Assembly: GCF_037042905.1 (NCBI RefSeq)
Contig: NC_087253.1
Coordinates: 9,424,001 to 9,488,000, forward strand
Length of the DNA: 64,000 bases
Direction: 5' to 3'
Source: Lytechinus pictus
Lineage: Eukaryota
In this document: piece by piece, positions 40,604 through 52,950 of the stretch
Layout: every line of letters starts with the position of its first letter
How positions within the stretch are numbered: position 1 is the stretch's first letter
Notes under the pieces: model-generated
The model's input: the letters and a program-made list of their open reading frames with translations, nothing else
Databases searched by the model: none
What the model was told of the DNA's origin: nothing
Translations under genes and position numbers: made by a program

Positions 40604-42058
40604 TTATGTTTGTGCTAATTTGAGCGTTGCGTATCTCTGGTATCCAAGATCCTCCATGACATCTCCACAATCATGTTCAACCTGTTTTATCTCAAGCTCT
40701 CTGAGATCCTTCATCCATTTCTGAGCGATCTTGCGCGAATTCTTATGCACTGAAAACGTTCCAGGATCGCTGCGTTTTGCTTGTGTATTATTGCGGACCC
40801 ATTCCCTGACGCTCTGTGGCAGGGGTAACCCTACAAATCGGTAAAGGTCCTCCGTTGTGTTGAGAGGCGCTGCCGCGAAGTCTTCGTATCTGAGAAGGTA
40901 GTATCTGCCCCGAAGCCAGTCTGGCATTGTTTTTGCTTCTTCTCGAGTCTCCCGCATCCATTTGCACATGGTATGAATGGAGACTCCAGTGCGTTCAGTA
41001 GAGTTTGTAAGCCCGAGGGGTGCAAGCCGGCCCTTCTTCTGGAACTCCGCCTCATGCGCTCGCACCAGGTTGCTCCACTCCTCAAAGTAATAGTGGATAC
41101 GCGAAGCAGCTGACCCCCTTGGATCTCGAACTAAGTGAATGACCTTGACATTGACCTTGTCCTCGACTACCAAGGGTTTTATATTCCCGAGATCAGCCCG
41201 GATGACCTTCGTAGCCATGATCCCATTGTATGTAGTACACAGGTTATTTACCATGTCAGAACTTCGAAATTTACATTGATTTATTTTTCCTGTTGCCTGA
41301 CATATCGCACGGTTCTTGATAAGACCGCCCCAAGGATTTGTCAAACGGACAAACTCCTGGGACACATTGCACGCCGCGATATCTCTAAGAGTTCTCGTCG
41401 AGTATTCATGAAGTTCCCGCGGGAATGGAGAAAACGGAAGCTGCCTCTTATTCCTAATTTTATCAACCAACCACAACGGCTCAAAGAGGAAAAAGATATT
41501 TGGATTTTGATTGAAAAGCTCTCCGGTGATTGAAGAGCCAAAACGCCACTGCGCCAGGATGACAACAAATGTCGATGACACCCTCGACGATGAGGATGTG
41601 GACGTTGTCGATCGGGACTCGACCACTCCCTGATCATCTGTGCGGACTCTAATTTTGCCCTCGTCTGAGACTCCTAGAAGTCCGGATTTCCGACTTGTGA
41701 TATTTTCCACTGATTCACGTTCTTCCAAAATATTTCGGAAATTTTCGTTGGAAATATTTCGGGAATTTCCTTCTGGCAGTTTTGAGTTATCTTCCTTAGA
41801 CAAATTTCGGGTAATATTATTTGGCGTACTGCTTGGTTTTTTGCGGTGAAAATGTTGAAAAATTATCTGGGAAATTTGCCGAGAGTTGACCTCGATGTCG
41901 TGCGACGCCCTCCTCGGATTGTCCTTGCCATTGCTGTAAAGAGTAAACTTGCCATAGGTCATTGTCATCAGGGAGATAGAAATAAAAGCAATGGATAATG
42001 CTACGCCGATACTCCACTTTGACAGAAATACACGTCTACAATGTAAAAGAACCCTCAT
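40604..42058 (-). CDS. Golgi carbohydrate (Gal/GalNAc/GlcNAc) 6-O-sulfotransferase, CHST1/3/5-like, copy A, 484 aa
   Basis: Type II TM (WSIGVALSIAFISISLMTM), stem, 5'-PSB AQWRFGSS..GELFNQNPNIFFLFEPLW, 3'-PB KVIHLVRDPRGSAASR, LRYEDF; first ATG at 42058 (track start 42082 is GTG); splice acceptor just upstream (exon starts 42122). Confidence 0.92.
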   Translation of the reverse strand: MRVLLHCRRVFLSKWSIGVALSIAFISISLMTMTYGKFTLYSNGKDNPRRASHDIEVNSRQISQIIFQHFHRKKPSSTPNNITRNLSKEDNSKLPEGNSRNISNENFRNILEERESVENITSRKSGLLGVSDEGKIRVRTDDQGVVESRSTTSTSSSSRVSSTFVVILAQWRFGSSITGELFNQNPNIFFLFEPLWLVDKIRNKRQLPFSPFPRELHEYSTRTLRDIAACNVSQEFVRLTNPWGGLIKNRAICQATGKINQCKFRSSDMVNNLCTTYNGIMATKVIRADLGNIKPLVVEDKVNVKVIHLVRDPRGSAASRIHYYFEEWSNLVRAHEAEFQKKGRLAPLGLTNSTERTGVSIHTMCKWMRETREEAKTMPDWLRGRYYLLRYEDFAAAPLNTTEDLYRFVGLPLPQSVREWVRNNTQAKRSDPGTFSVHKNSRKIAQKWMKDLRELEIKQVEHDCGDVMEDLGYQRYATLKLAQT

Positions 42059-42730
42059 ATCTTCGGTCACTTTTATTCCCACACCTCCATATAAATGATG
42101 TATGGAACGCTGCTCGGGAGGCCTGGATAATAAAAAAAACGAAATACAGAAAGAAATAATGAAATTGCGAGAACAAAAAGTAGTAAATCAGGAAATATAT
42201 CATCATGTTTCGCGAAAACCTACACATGTCATCCGTGAAACTGAATTGATCGAATCGTCCATTTATCAGAAAATATAGCATACAGATAAAATGAAATAAC
42301 ATTCTAAAGTGGGTACAATGAATAGCATGTTACTGAGTAGCGATAGGGTTTCTGAAATATATAACCAAACCTCCCCCGATGTGGATTTTTTTTAGAACAC
42401 AAAGACGAAACTTAATTTAATTGACAAACACACTCACACCGGTAGTAGGTACATTCCTAAAATATATCACTTTTTACAATTACTACGATTGATATTCCCT
42501 GCCTTCTTTTCGCTCTAATTGAGTAGTTCCGCAATTGCCGACCAGGAGACGATGAAAATCATCACTAATGTGAGGCATATGCCGTTATTTAGCAGAGTAG
42601 CCGAATTATATCGTAATCTATTTCCATCCACCCTTAGTCCAATTGAGTGTCAAAGGCTAATGCGTGATAAAACTCGTTTTGTGTTTGACTATTAATTATG
42701 CAAATAATGCGCAGGTGCTAGTTTGGTTAA

Positions 42731-43314
42731 AGGAGAATGAAACTCTTGGAGCAAGTTAGCTTTTGTGAAAGCAGAAAAATCAAAGAATAAGATCAACAAA
42801 AGTTTGAGTAAAATAGGACTAGCAATAGAAGAGTTATGAGCATTTGAATGTTGAGATCACTAATGCTGTGGAGATCCTCCCATTGGCAATGCGACTAAGA
42901 TCTATGATGTCACAGATGAACAACTCTCCCCTTTTGGACACTGAAAATATACCCCAAAACATCTCTTTTTGCTCATTCTAATCATATGACAAACAATTCA
43001 TCAATGATATAATGTTGTGAAACCTCTGTACTTGTCCTCTCATAAAGAGAACACCTCACCTTGTGATAGACTCTATAAAAGTGAGAATATAAGTGAAATA
43101 AGTACTAGAGTAATGAGGGAGTTGTACGTGTGTGACATCACAGATCTTGGTCGCATTGCCAATGGGAGGATCTACATGGCATTAGTGATCTCAATATTCA
43201 AATGCTCATAACTTTCTTATTATTCATTCCATCTTCCTCAAACTGTCAACAATATGTTTCTTTGATTTTTCTCTTTGATATGGATTCAGCTGGTTTCAAG
43301 GGTTTCATTCTCCT
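42731..43314. mobile_element. Kolobok-like MITE, specific to copy A
   Basis: TIR AGGAGAATGAAAC/GTTTCATTCTCCT, TTAA on both sides; single TTAA empty site in copy B (~54079). Confidence 0.9.
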
Positions 43315-45735
43315 TTAACCTCGCTGAGATATTGGTGCTAAGCATTTAAAGCTAAGCAAAATAATGCATAGACGACTAAAGTAATCATTGTGTAAATATT
43401 AAAAATGCATCTTGCTTAATGTTTTATCCAAAAATACCCTTCATCGAAAATGTGTATTTCATCGAAAAATAATCAAATGCAAACGCATGATCATGATATC
43501 ATTTGGCCATTATGGCTTTATAAATTCATGTCTTGCAATTAGTGTCAATATTCGATTTGCCTTTTTATCAAACGGATATCACAATTAATCTGTAGTGAAG
43601 TATAGTTCAAATCCCCCCAGATTTCCTCAGATCGCATGGCTAAGATGCCTCATCTGTTTAATGTATGACATCTGATGCGAATTATGCACCAGCAAATTAT
43701 CATCATTAATAGTGTCATTTTGATAATCAATATTATTAATAATATTATTATTGTATTGTTATTGTTGTTATCATTATTCTATATTTATTAGAATGATTAA
43801 TATCATCAATATTATCACCAGTATTACTGTGATTGTTTTTATCATAATTATTATTATTACCATTGTTATTATTACTACTACTACAAAAAACACTACTATT
43901 ACTACTACTACAACAACTAATACTACTACTACTACAATACTACTACTATTGCCTTTTTTTTTTTTTTTTTTTTAATGAGATGATGATAATGAAATGGTAT
44001 TGATTGATCAAAATTCACGAAGACCAAAATACGAGAGTTGGGGTGGGGGTATGCGAGGATGGGGCAAAGTGGGGGGGGGGGGGGGGGGGGGTTGGGTGAG
44101 ATAAGAAACCCGGGGCCTCTGTGAGGAGACGCAAACAAAGTAGACGGGGACAAATGAAACAGGGGGTAAGGGGACAAATCGTGAAGGTATGATGTTCTCC
44201 TTTTCTAAAACAAAAACCAAAATAAACATAAATAATCAAATTTAACTCCGTTGAAAATGGAGATGATGTTTGCCCTGAGTGCTATTTTCCCTCTTTTTGC
44301 AGATGCACCACTCGTCTAAATCAGTAACAATCGTTTGGGCGGCCGATATGTCATGAAGAATGAGCAGTACATGACATGGTAACTTTCCAATGATTGTAAC
44401 TGCTACAGGGACCCTTAATGTGATTGGCTGCTGAACCCTGTTACCATAGAAGTTACAATTACAAATTTACCACTGACAGTTGTAACTTCTGAAACGGACC
44501 CCTTGGCTACTTTGTATAAACTTGGATTACTGTAGCTCTAAGAACTTTGCCGGATTAGATCAAGAAGTATTTATTTCACGAGATCGTCGATCCTAACCCT
44601 TTTCCCATTCCTAAGCTAGTTGTGTATGTAGAGAATTGATACATGTATATAATGCATTGCCATTCCACCCTATCTGTCTCCCTTTCTCACCCCCCCCCCC
44701 CCCCCCGCCGCTCTCTCTCTCTCCCTCCCCCTCTAGCCCTCTCTTTCCCTTTATCTCCGTCAATAATGACCAAGCCATCCCTTCTCCCACTCTCTCTTTC
44801 TCTTATCTCATTCATAGATGGCCAATTATACTACAAAAATCACTACCCGAGTCAAAAGAGTTGTCAATTACACTTGTTTGAGCTGGATTTTTTTTTTTTT
44901 TTTTGTAGAACACAAAGTAGCAACAATAACACGTCTTTATCACTGGAAGATGACATATGAAGAGCCAGATGCATTACAATTGCTAGGTTTAATTAATTTA
45001 GCAGTACATATCACTGCAAAAACACCGGTGTTGATTTAACACCAGCCCGGTATCTATATCGGTCCACACCAGAGAAGCGTTGAAACAACACCAGTAAATC
45101 AAACCGATATTGGTTTAACACTAATTGGTGTTGCTTAAATGCCAAATTGGTGTTAGCCTAACACAAATCCGGTGTTGTTTCAACACCTCTCTGGTGTGGA
45201 CCGATATAGATACCAGGCTGGTGTTAAATTAACACCTGTGTTTTTGCAGTGTATACACTGTACAAATTTAAGTGCTAATTTAGCACTTACAGTGCTTGTA
45301 TAGTGACTGCACTACGAGTGCTGATTTTCTAGTTCAAATTTAAACTAGAAAATCAGCACTCGTTGTGCAGTCACTATGAAAGCACTGTAAGTGTTGAATT
45401 AGCACTTCATTTTTGTGTAACTACGTACTATGCTCGAAACCGTGTCAAAGAAGTCGACCCCCCGAAATCATGAAAACGCAGGGGTTATTTCCACCTGGTC
45501 TACTTTCGAGACTAATACTGATTGGATAAAAATGTAAGGTTCATCTCGGTCTCCTCTTACAAAGAGTTGTGATTGATCTGATCAACATTATCTTAATGGA
45601 AATCCATACTTGTCATGATACTCCATGCAGGAAATTTGCACCACGTCCTTCGTCAAAAAAGAAGAAAAAATACACCACACACTTAATTGTCGATACATGT
45701 ATATGAATATATACACATATAATTATAAGATAAAA

Positions 45736-45786
<51 letters not shown>

Positions 45787-47022
45787 ATGTGGATGTGTGT
45801 ATACATATACATTTTTTTTTTTTTTCAATATGTTTTTATTAAGGATTTCATTCAAATGAATTACATAAACTGCAGATGAATACAAAACAAAATACAAATC
45901 TTCATTTCATATCAACAAGGATATGCAAAAAAGTACATATATATTTACCAAGAACTGAAGCAAATAAGGACGGAATGAAACTCCTTAAAATTATACTTTT
46001 ATATCTGAAAAAAAAAAATAACTCAACTGAGTCCCCAACCCTCTATGTATTTCAATACTAATTAATGTTAAATGGCTATATAAATGATTTGCAGGAAAAC
46101 AGAAATCAACCTAAATGTATTATCATTGCATCCCATTTTAAATCAAGCTTCAACATAACTTTACATAATTATACACACATACACACCCACCTTAACACCC
46201 ATACACACATGCACATACCACGCATACGTAAAGAAACATAATATATACAAATCTGCATAATGAACGTTTAACATTTTGGCGCAATAGGATACAGAAAGAA
46301 AAAAAAAAAACCTGCAAATCATATTGATACAAGAGAAGGGGAAATTGAAAAAAACTAGTAAAAAGAAAAAAAAACATCAACATACACACCAGGATTCACA
46401 CTCGCACCACACTAGACAAATCCCACCTGTTCACATTCAAATCCCTTTTCACCTTCAGTTCATCCCATTTCTGCAAATGTAAACTTATACATACATATAC
46501 ACACACACACACCCTCACACACACCTCAGTGTGAATTTCAGATGTTGGCGTTGCTGGCTTTCCATAGTTGAGGTTAATGGGATCATTCGCAGCTCTCTGT
46601 GAGACAGGAATTTGGACTAACTCTCAATCAACACAATGTTCAGTAGATCTAGTTTCCTCTTTGCATCTTTTTTCTTTTATTTTTTCAAGTGAAAATTGCG
46701 TTAAGAAAAAAGTTCCTCAAACTAAATGAACTTAAGTTGTTTTGAAATGGGGAGGCATATAATATGGCTTAACTTAGACCAACAGGAGTACATTTTTCGG
46801 CAATTTACCAAAAATACAATCTTAACAATACTGTAAAAAAAAGGACTTACAGAAGTGAATATTTACGACTAAGTATTGCTGAGCTATAATAGCTAGCTCG
46901 TTGTCAAAATGTCATACACAGTCATATTCCAAGCAGCAACTGAGTTCAAATTATGAGTTGTAGTTACTATTTCCGCCTTTCGCATTTTATGCAGGATAGA
47001 TTATGTTGAACTAAGATCGGTC

Positions 47023-48477
47023 TTATGTTTGTGCTAATTTGAGCGTTGCGTATCTCTGGTATCCAAGATCCTCCATGACATCTCCACAATCATGTTCAAC
47101 CTGTTTAATCTCAAGCTCTCTGAGATCCTTCATCCATTTCTGAGCGGTCTTGCGCGAATTCTTATGCACTGAAAACGTTCCAGGATCGCTGTGTTTTGCC
47201 TGTGAATTATTGCGGACCCATTCCCTGACGCTCTGTGGCAGGGGTAACCCTACAAATTGGTAGAGGTCCTCCGTTGTGTTGAGAGGCGCTGCCGCGAAGT
47301 CTTCGTACCTGAGAAGGTAGTATCTACCCCGAAGCCAGTCTGGCATTGTTTTTGCTTCTTCTCGAGTCTCCCGCATCCATTTGCACATGGTAGGAATGGA
47401 GTCTTTGATGCGTTCAGTAGAGTTTGTAAGCCCGAGGGGTGCAAGCCGGCCCTTCTTCTGGAACTCCGCCTCATGCGCTCGCACCAGGTCGCTCCACTCC
47501 TCAAAGTAATAGTGGATACGCGAAGCAGCTGACCCCCTTGGATCTCGCACTAAGTGAATGACCTTGACATTGACCTTGTCCTCGACTACCAAGGGTTTTA
47601 TATTCCCGAGATCAGCCCGGATGACCTTCGTAGCCATGATACCATTGTATGTAGTACATAGGTTATTTACCATGTCAGAACTTCGAAATTTACATTGATT
47701 TATTTTTCCTGTTGCCTGACATATCGCACGGTTGTTGATAAGACCGCCCCAAGGATTTGTCAAACGGACAAACTCCTGGGACACATTGCACGCCGCGATA
47801 TCTCTAAGAGTTCTCGTCGAGTATTCATGAAGTTCTCGCGGGAATGGAGAAAACGGAAGCTCCCTTTTATTCCTAATTTTATCAACCAACCACAACGGCT
47901 CAAAGAGGAAAAAGATATTTGGACTTTGATTGAAAAGCTCTCCGATGATCGAAGAGCCAAAACGCCACTGCGCCAGGATGACAACAAATGTCGATGACAC
48001 CCTCAACGATGAGGATATGGACGTTGTCGATCGGGACTCGACCACTCCCTGGTCATCTGTGCGGACACTAATTTTGCCCTCGTCTGAGACTCCTGGAAGT
48101 CCGGATTTCCGACTTGTGATATTTTCCACTGATTCACGTTCTTCCAAAATATTTCGGAAATTTTCGTTGGAAATATTTTGGGATTTTCCTTCTGGCAGTT
48201 TTGAGTTATCTTCCTTAGACAAATTTCGGGCAATATTATTTGGCGTACTGCTTGGTTTTTTGCGGTGAAAATGTTGAAAAATTATCTGGGAAATTTGCCG
48301 AGAGTTGACCTCGGTGCCGTGTGACGCCCTCCTCGGATTGTCCTTGCCATTGCTGTAAAGAGTAAACTTGCCATAGTTCATTGTCATCAGGGAGATATAA
48401 ATAAAAGCAATGGATAATGCTACGCCGATACTCCACTTTGCCAGAAATACACGTCTACAATGTAAAAGAACCCTCAT
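47023..48477 (-). CDS. Carbohydrate 6-O-sulfotransferase, CHST1/3/5-like, copy B, 484 aa
   Basis: Same motifs and length as copy A, ~25 residue differences, intact ORF; first ATG at 48477. Confidence 0.92.
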   Translation of the reverse strand: MRVLLHCRRVFLAKWSIGVALSIAFIYISLMTMNYGKFTLYSNGKDNPRRASHGTEVNSRQISQIIFQHFHRKKPSSTPNNIARNLSKEDNSKLPEGKSQNISNENFRNILEERESVENITSRKSGLPGVSDEGKISVRTDDQGVVESRSTTSISSSLRVSSTFVVILAQWRFGSSIIGELFNQSPNIFFLFEPLWLVDKIRNKRELPFSPFPRELHEYSTRTLRDIAACNVSQEFVRLTNPWGGLINNRAICQATGKINQCKFRSSDMVNNLCTTYNGIMATKVIRADLGNIKPLVVEDKVNVKVIHLVRDPRGSAASRIHYYFEEWSDLVRAHEAEFQKKGRLAPLGLTNSTERIKDSIPTMCKWMRETREEAKTMPDWLRGRYYLLRYEDFAAAPLNTTEDLYQFVGLPLPQSVREWVRNNSQAKHSDPGTFSVHKNSRKTAQKWMKDLRELEIKQVEHDCGDVMEDLGYQRYATLKLAQT

Positions 48478-49127
48478 ATCTTCGGTCACCTTTATTCCCA
48501 CACCTCAATATAAATGATGTATGGATCGCTGCTCGGGAGGCCTGGATAATAAAATAACGAAATACAGAAAGAAATAATGAAAATTGCAAGAACAAAAAGT
48601 AGTAAATCAGCAAATATTTCATCATGTTTTGCGAAAACCTACACAGGTCATCCGTGAAACTGAATTGATCGAATCGTCCATTTATCAGAAAATTTTGATA
48701 CAAGGAGCAATTATCATAAGATCGAAGGACAATCTTCGCCGTGATCAAGGCTTGATTGGCGCCTAACAGGCAGCATCGCGCAAGTTTGAGCTCTCAATTA
48801 TGAGGAGAATATTGCTTTAGTTGAAGGACAATTTCCATCTTTAATAGTATCAACCATCTTGTTGCACTACATAGCAACTTTTGAAGACGTTTTGGAACAC
48901 TTTTTGTATGTTTTCATCGAGTTTCAATGTGATTTATATTTTGCACATATCCTGTAAATCTGTCTACATTGTCTCTACACAGTAGCCATTACATCATGTA
49001 CATTGACCATTGCAGGCTTGTCTGTTTACTCAACCTTGGCATCCAGCCTCAGAAATGGTAATGAAGCAGACAATTGATTGGAATTCCTCCACCTGAATAG
49101 CATGCCTGATGGTGCAATCCACCCATT

Positions 49128-52100
49128 ATGTTCACACTCGCCTTCTTCTTGGGTAGCTTGCTGTTAATACAGCAGCTACATGAAGTCAAGCACACTTGCA
49201 CAGCCAGCGTTGCATTGTACAACTACAAGGCTCATATTCCTTCTCCGAATGGAAAGAACTTTTATCATCTGAAGTATTTACAAGCCAGTATACATTACTA
49301 CAGCAACTGTGAATCAACATTTAACATTGAGCTCCTCAAATGCGGTGATATACACCCCAACCCTGGGCCGACAAACCAAAACCAAAGTCAACCCAGCACT
49401 CGTACTGTATTTAAATATTCAATTCAAGATTTATATAACCTACGTCAAAGAAATAGCTACAGGACCGTACCGCCAACGACATGGAAAGTGATAAAGGACC
49501 TCGGGATCACACCAAAACCACTACGCAAGCGAGGAAAACGAGCTGGTTCTAGGAAGCATCCTAAATCTTGTCCCAGACCGTACCAGGGGCAAGGCATACC
49601 TGTACTTATCCGACAACGCCTTTTACCTTCACAACGCAAACCTCGCCCAGCATGTTTTACTACAATCACGCCGATGCAACACGACAACGCTGCTCATCAG
49701 AGTCACCATGGCTACGACGTCCCAACCCTGCTACTACTGAACGCCAAATCACTGAGGAATAAGATCGACGAATTGTCAACAATCATTCAGGAATATAAGG
49801 TGGACATAGCAACGATTACCGAAACATGGTTTAGTCCAGAAGAACCCCTTGATATGTTCTCAATACCGGAGTTTTGCTTATATTCAAAACCCAGGGAAGA
49901 TCGATTAGGGGAAGGAGTCGCGCTCTACGCAAAACATCATCTTCAAGCGAGGATAATCGATGTACCTACACCTAAAGGAGTTGAAACTTTATGGATCTAC
50001 ATGAGACCCCAAAGACTTCCAAGGGAAATTAGCGGACTGATACTCTGCGTGATTTACTTCCCTCCAAGGAACCCCAACAAGCAGCAGTATGTTGATCACC
50101 TTCTCTCCACCCTGGACAGTCTTTTGCTTCGCTATCCAGAATCTGGGATCTCGGTAGTAGGTGATTTCAATGATTTAGATATTAATTTCTTACTTGAAAA
50201 TAACAAATTCAAACAAATTGTTACTCAACCAACCCGAGAGGGCAATATTATTGATATGATTGTAACCACTATAGACCCATTGTACCAAGAAACCAAAATA
50301 TTAGCCCCTATTGGCATGAGTGATCATAACTGTATCCTTTGGATACCCAAGGAAAAGGCTCATCGTATTAATCAAGTTAAGAAAAGAATTGGTCGCCCGA
50401 TTCTTGACAGTGGCAAAAGAGCTTTTGGTAGTTGGTTAACTAAGTTTACTTGGGAAGAAATGTATAAAGAAGATGATCCATCTTTGAAATGTCAAATGTT
50501 ATTAGATACTATGATGACTCACTTAGATATTCACATTCCGACAAAAGAGATTCGAATGCATTGTAGAGATAAGCCTTGGATCAATGCGGAAGTCAAAGAT
50601 GTTATACATCAAAGACAGCAAGCTTTCAGTAACAACTCCCAAAGTCTGTGGCGTTATTTAAGAAACAAAGTGATACGCTTAATCAGACAAAGAAAAGTTG
50701 CATATTATAATACCAGAGTTAGAAATTTGAAAACTAGTAATCCAGCAGCATGGTACAAACAGATTCGGATTTTAACCAACACTCACAAAAAACATAGCCC
50801 AATCCATATTCCGAATATTGACCCAAATGATCCTAATCATTATAAAAATATTGCTAATTATATTAATCAGCATTTCTTGAACGTGGCAAGTGATCTACAA
50901 AGTTTAAATAGAAATGAATTACCTGTTTATTTACCATCTCAGAAAACCTGCCCTATTGTACAACCTTACGAAGTATATAAACAATTGAAAACTTTGAACC
51001 AACAAAAATCCGTCCGAATTATTCGTGAGTTCGCCTTGGAATTGTGTTCACCACTAACTGATATCTTGAACAATTCCTTTTACCGGTCTGTTGTACCATG
51101 TCAGTGGAAACGCTCTGAGATTATACCCATTCCTAAATGTTTACCAGTAACAGTGCAGAACTTAAGACCAATAGCATTAACTAGCTATTTTGCAAAAATA
51201 GCAGAGTCGTTCATATGTAAATGGTTATTAGAAGATATATCAGATCACATTGATGTTAACCAATTGGAAATAGACAAGGGCTATCAACAAATCATTACCT
51301 AGTTCGATTGCTTCACCAATTGTATGAAAATGCAGAAAAATACCAATATATATCAACACTCATTTTTACAGACTATTCAAAAGCTTTCGACAGAATAAAT
51401 CACAATATCCTTGCAAAAAAATTACTTAACCTTGAAGTAAGACCGTGTCATATTTCCTGGATTTTGGACTTCCTCGAAAATCGACGACAACGAGTCAAAT
51501 ACCTTGGTCAGTGTCACATGCAGGTGTAGCTCAAGGTACAAAACTTGGGCCTATTCTCTTTCTAATAATGATTAATGATGCATGTATAAAATCTCAAATT
51601 CCATATTTTAAATATGTTGACGATCTCACACTGGTTGAAAGTCGCGTTCAATTACAACCATCCAAACTTCCAAATACGCTTACTGAATTTAACCAATGGT
51701 CTGTTAGCAATAACATGACACTTAATCCATCTAAATGTCAGTGCATGCATATAACTTTCTCTAAAAATATTGTTGATCAAAGTCGTATTTTCATTGGAAA
51801 TGAATGCTTGAGAACAGTGCAAGAAGCTAAAATATTAGGTATAATTGTTCAGTCTAACTTAAAATGGGATAGTCATATTTCACACCTATTACGTCGTAGT
51901 AATAAAAAACTATATATGCTTCGTTGTCTCAAAACGTATAAATTACCACTTTGCGATTTAATAACTGTATATAAGGGTTACATTAGGCCAATTTTGGATT
52001 TTGGAGTACCAGTTTTTAATGGAAACCTAACACAAAACCAAATTTCCTGTTTAGAACGTATTCAGTCAAGAGCATGCAGAATTATGCTAGGTGAAGAATA

Positions 52101-52353
52101 CACTAATTATACTGATGCTTTAGAAGTGTGTTCTTTACAATCTTTATCTGAAAGACGAAAACAATTGTGCATGAACTTTGCTGTATCCCTTGCCAACAGT
52201 CCACTTTGTAACCATTGGCTACCTCTCAACAACGATGTTGATTACTCATTGAGGAGAAGACCTAAATATCGTCAGTTTCGTTGTAAAACCAAACGTTTTC
52301 TAAACAGTCCATTGCCTTACTTTATAAATTTACTAAACGGTAATTTGAAATAA
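49128..52353 (+). pseudogene. LINE polyprotein (leader, 2A-like motif, APE endonuclease, reverse transcriptase) with two frameshifts
   Basis: APE motifs LNAKSL, ITETW, GDFN, PTREGNIID, SDH; RT motifs LRPIAL, DYSKAFD, GVAQGTKLGP, YVDD; frameshifts near 51265 and 51510 link ORFs 49128, 51308 and 51445. Confidence 0.92.
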
Positions 52354-52368
52354 GCTTGTATTGTTCCT

Positions 52369-52584
52369 TAGTCAGGATCTGAATGTTGGTTGCTGGGCGT
52401 TGGGGAGACCCACGGTCGCCGGTCCCACGTGGTACGTTCACAGGAGCCTCGCCCTCCTACTTTTCGCTCTTGTGACAGAGAGCGAGGGGTAGGAGGATTG
52501 GGCGGGTCTGGTGCACGCGCCGTATGGGACGGGTGGCCGTGGGGTTCCGCCGAGGAACGCCTGCCGGCGTTCAGATCTTGACTA
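52369..52584 (+). ncRNA. GC-rich rod-like RNA hairpin in LINE 3' UTR (predicted)
   Basis: Near-continuous pairing over 216 nt; basal 21 bp has 17 Watson-Crick + 4 G-U pairs, apical 16 bp has 13 + 3 G-U. Confidence 0.75.
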
Positions 52585-52950
52585 GTTATTTAGTTACCCG
52601 GTTGATATACACACAAACCTCTGCTGTGCAAGTCGTGTTATGCTAATACATCGCGCCTGATACCAATTTGTTTATTATTATTATTAGTTTATGTGCTTGT
52701 GATGAAAATTTTACAATTTTACCATTTTTAGAACTTTTTAAACTCAAACATATAATTGAATAGGTTTACAGGTGTTATTGTAATGCTTTTAATGCATGTA
52801 TTTCACATTGTAACAACTAAAAGGAAACGATGTTTGGATTTTTATACCAATATTTCACTCATTTTTATCAAAATTTATGTATGTGGTGGAAGACATTTAT
52901 ATCATTTTACAAAACTACGTCATCTTTTATATTTTAAGTAAATGTCTTCA

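Larger units (their letters stand above)
37261..43990. repeat. Tandem segmental duplication, copy A (contains sulfotransferase A)
   Basis: Collinear and highly similar to 43991-55608 apart from copy-specific insertions; A/B junction is in gap-free sequence. Confidence 0.9.

Noticed and set aside
40831-41849. Overlapping short ORFs on both strands in sulfotransferase A (and 47250-48436 in B)
   Set aside because: Shadow frames of the real CDS; conserved only because the region is duplicated
52390-52581. 63-aa ORF in LINE 3' UTR
   Set aside because: Non-ATG start; openness is explained by the GC-rich hairpin
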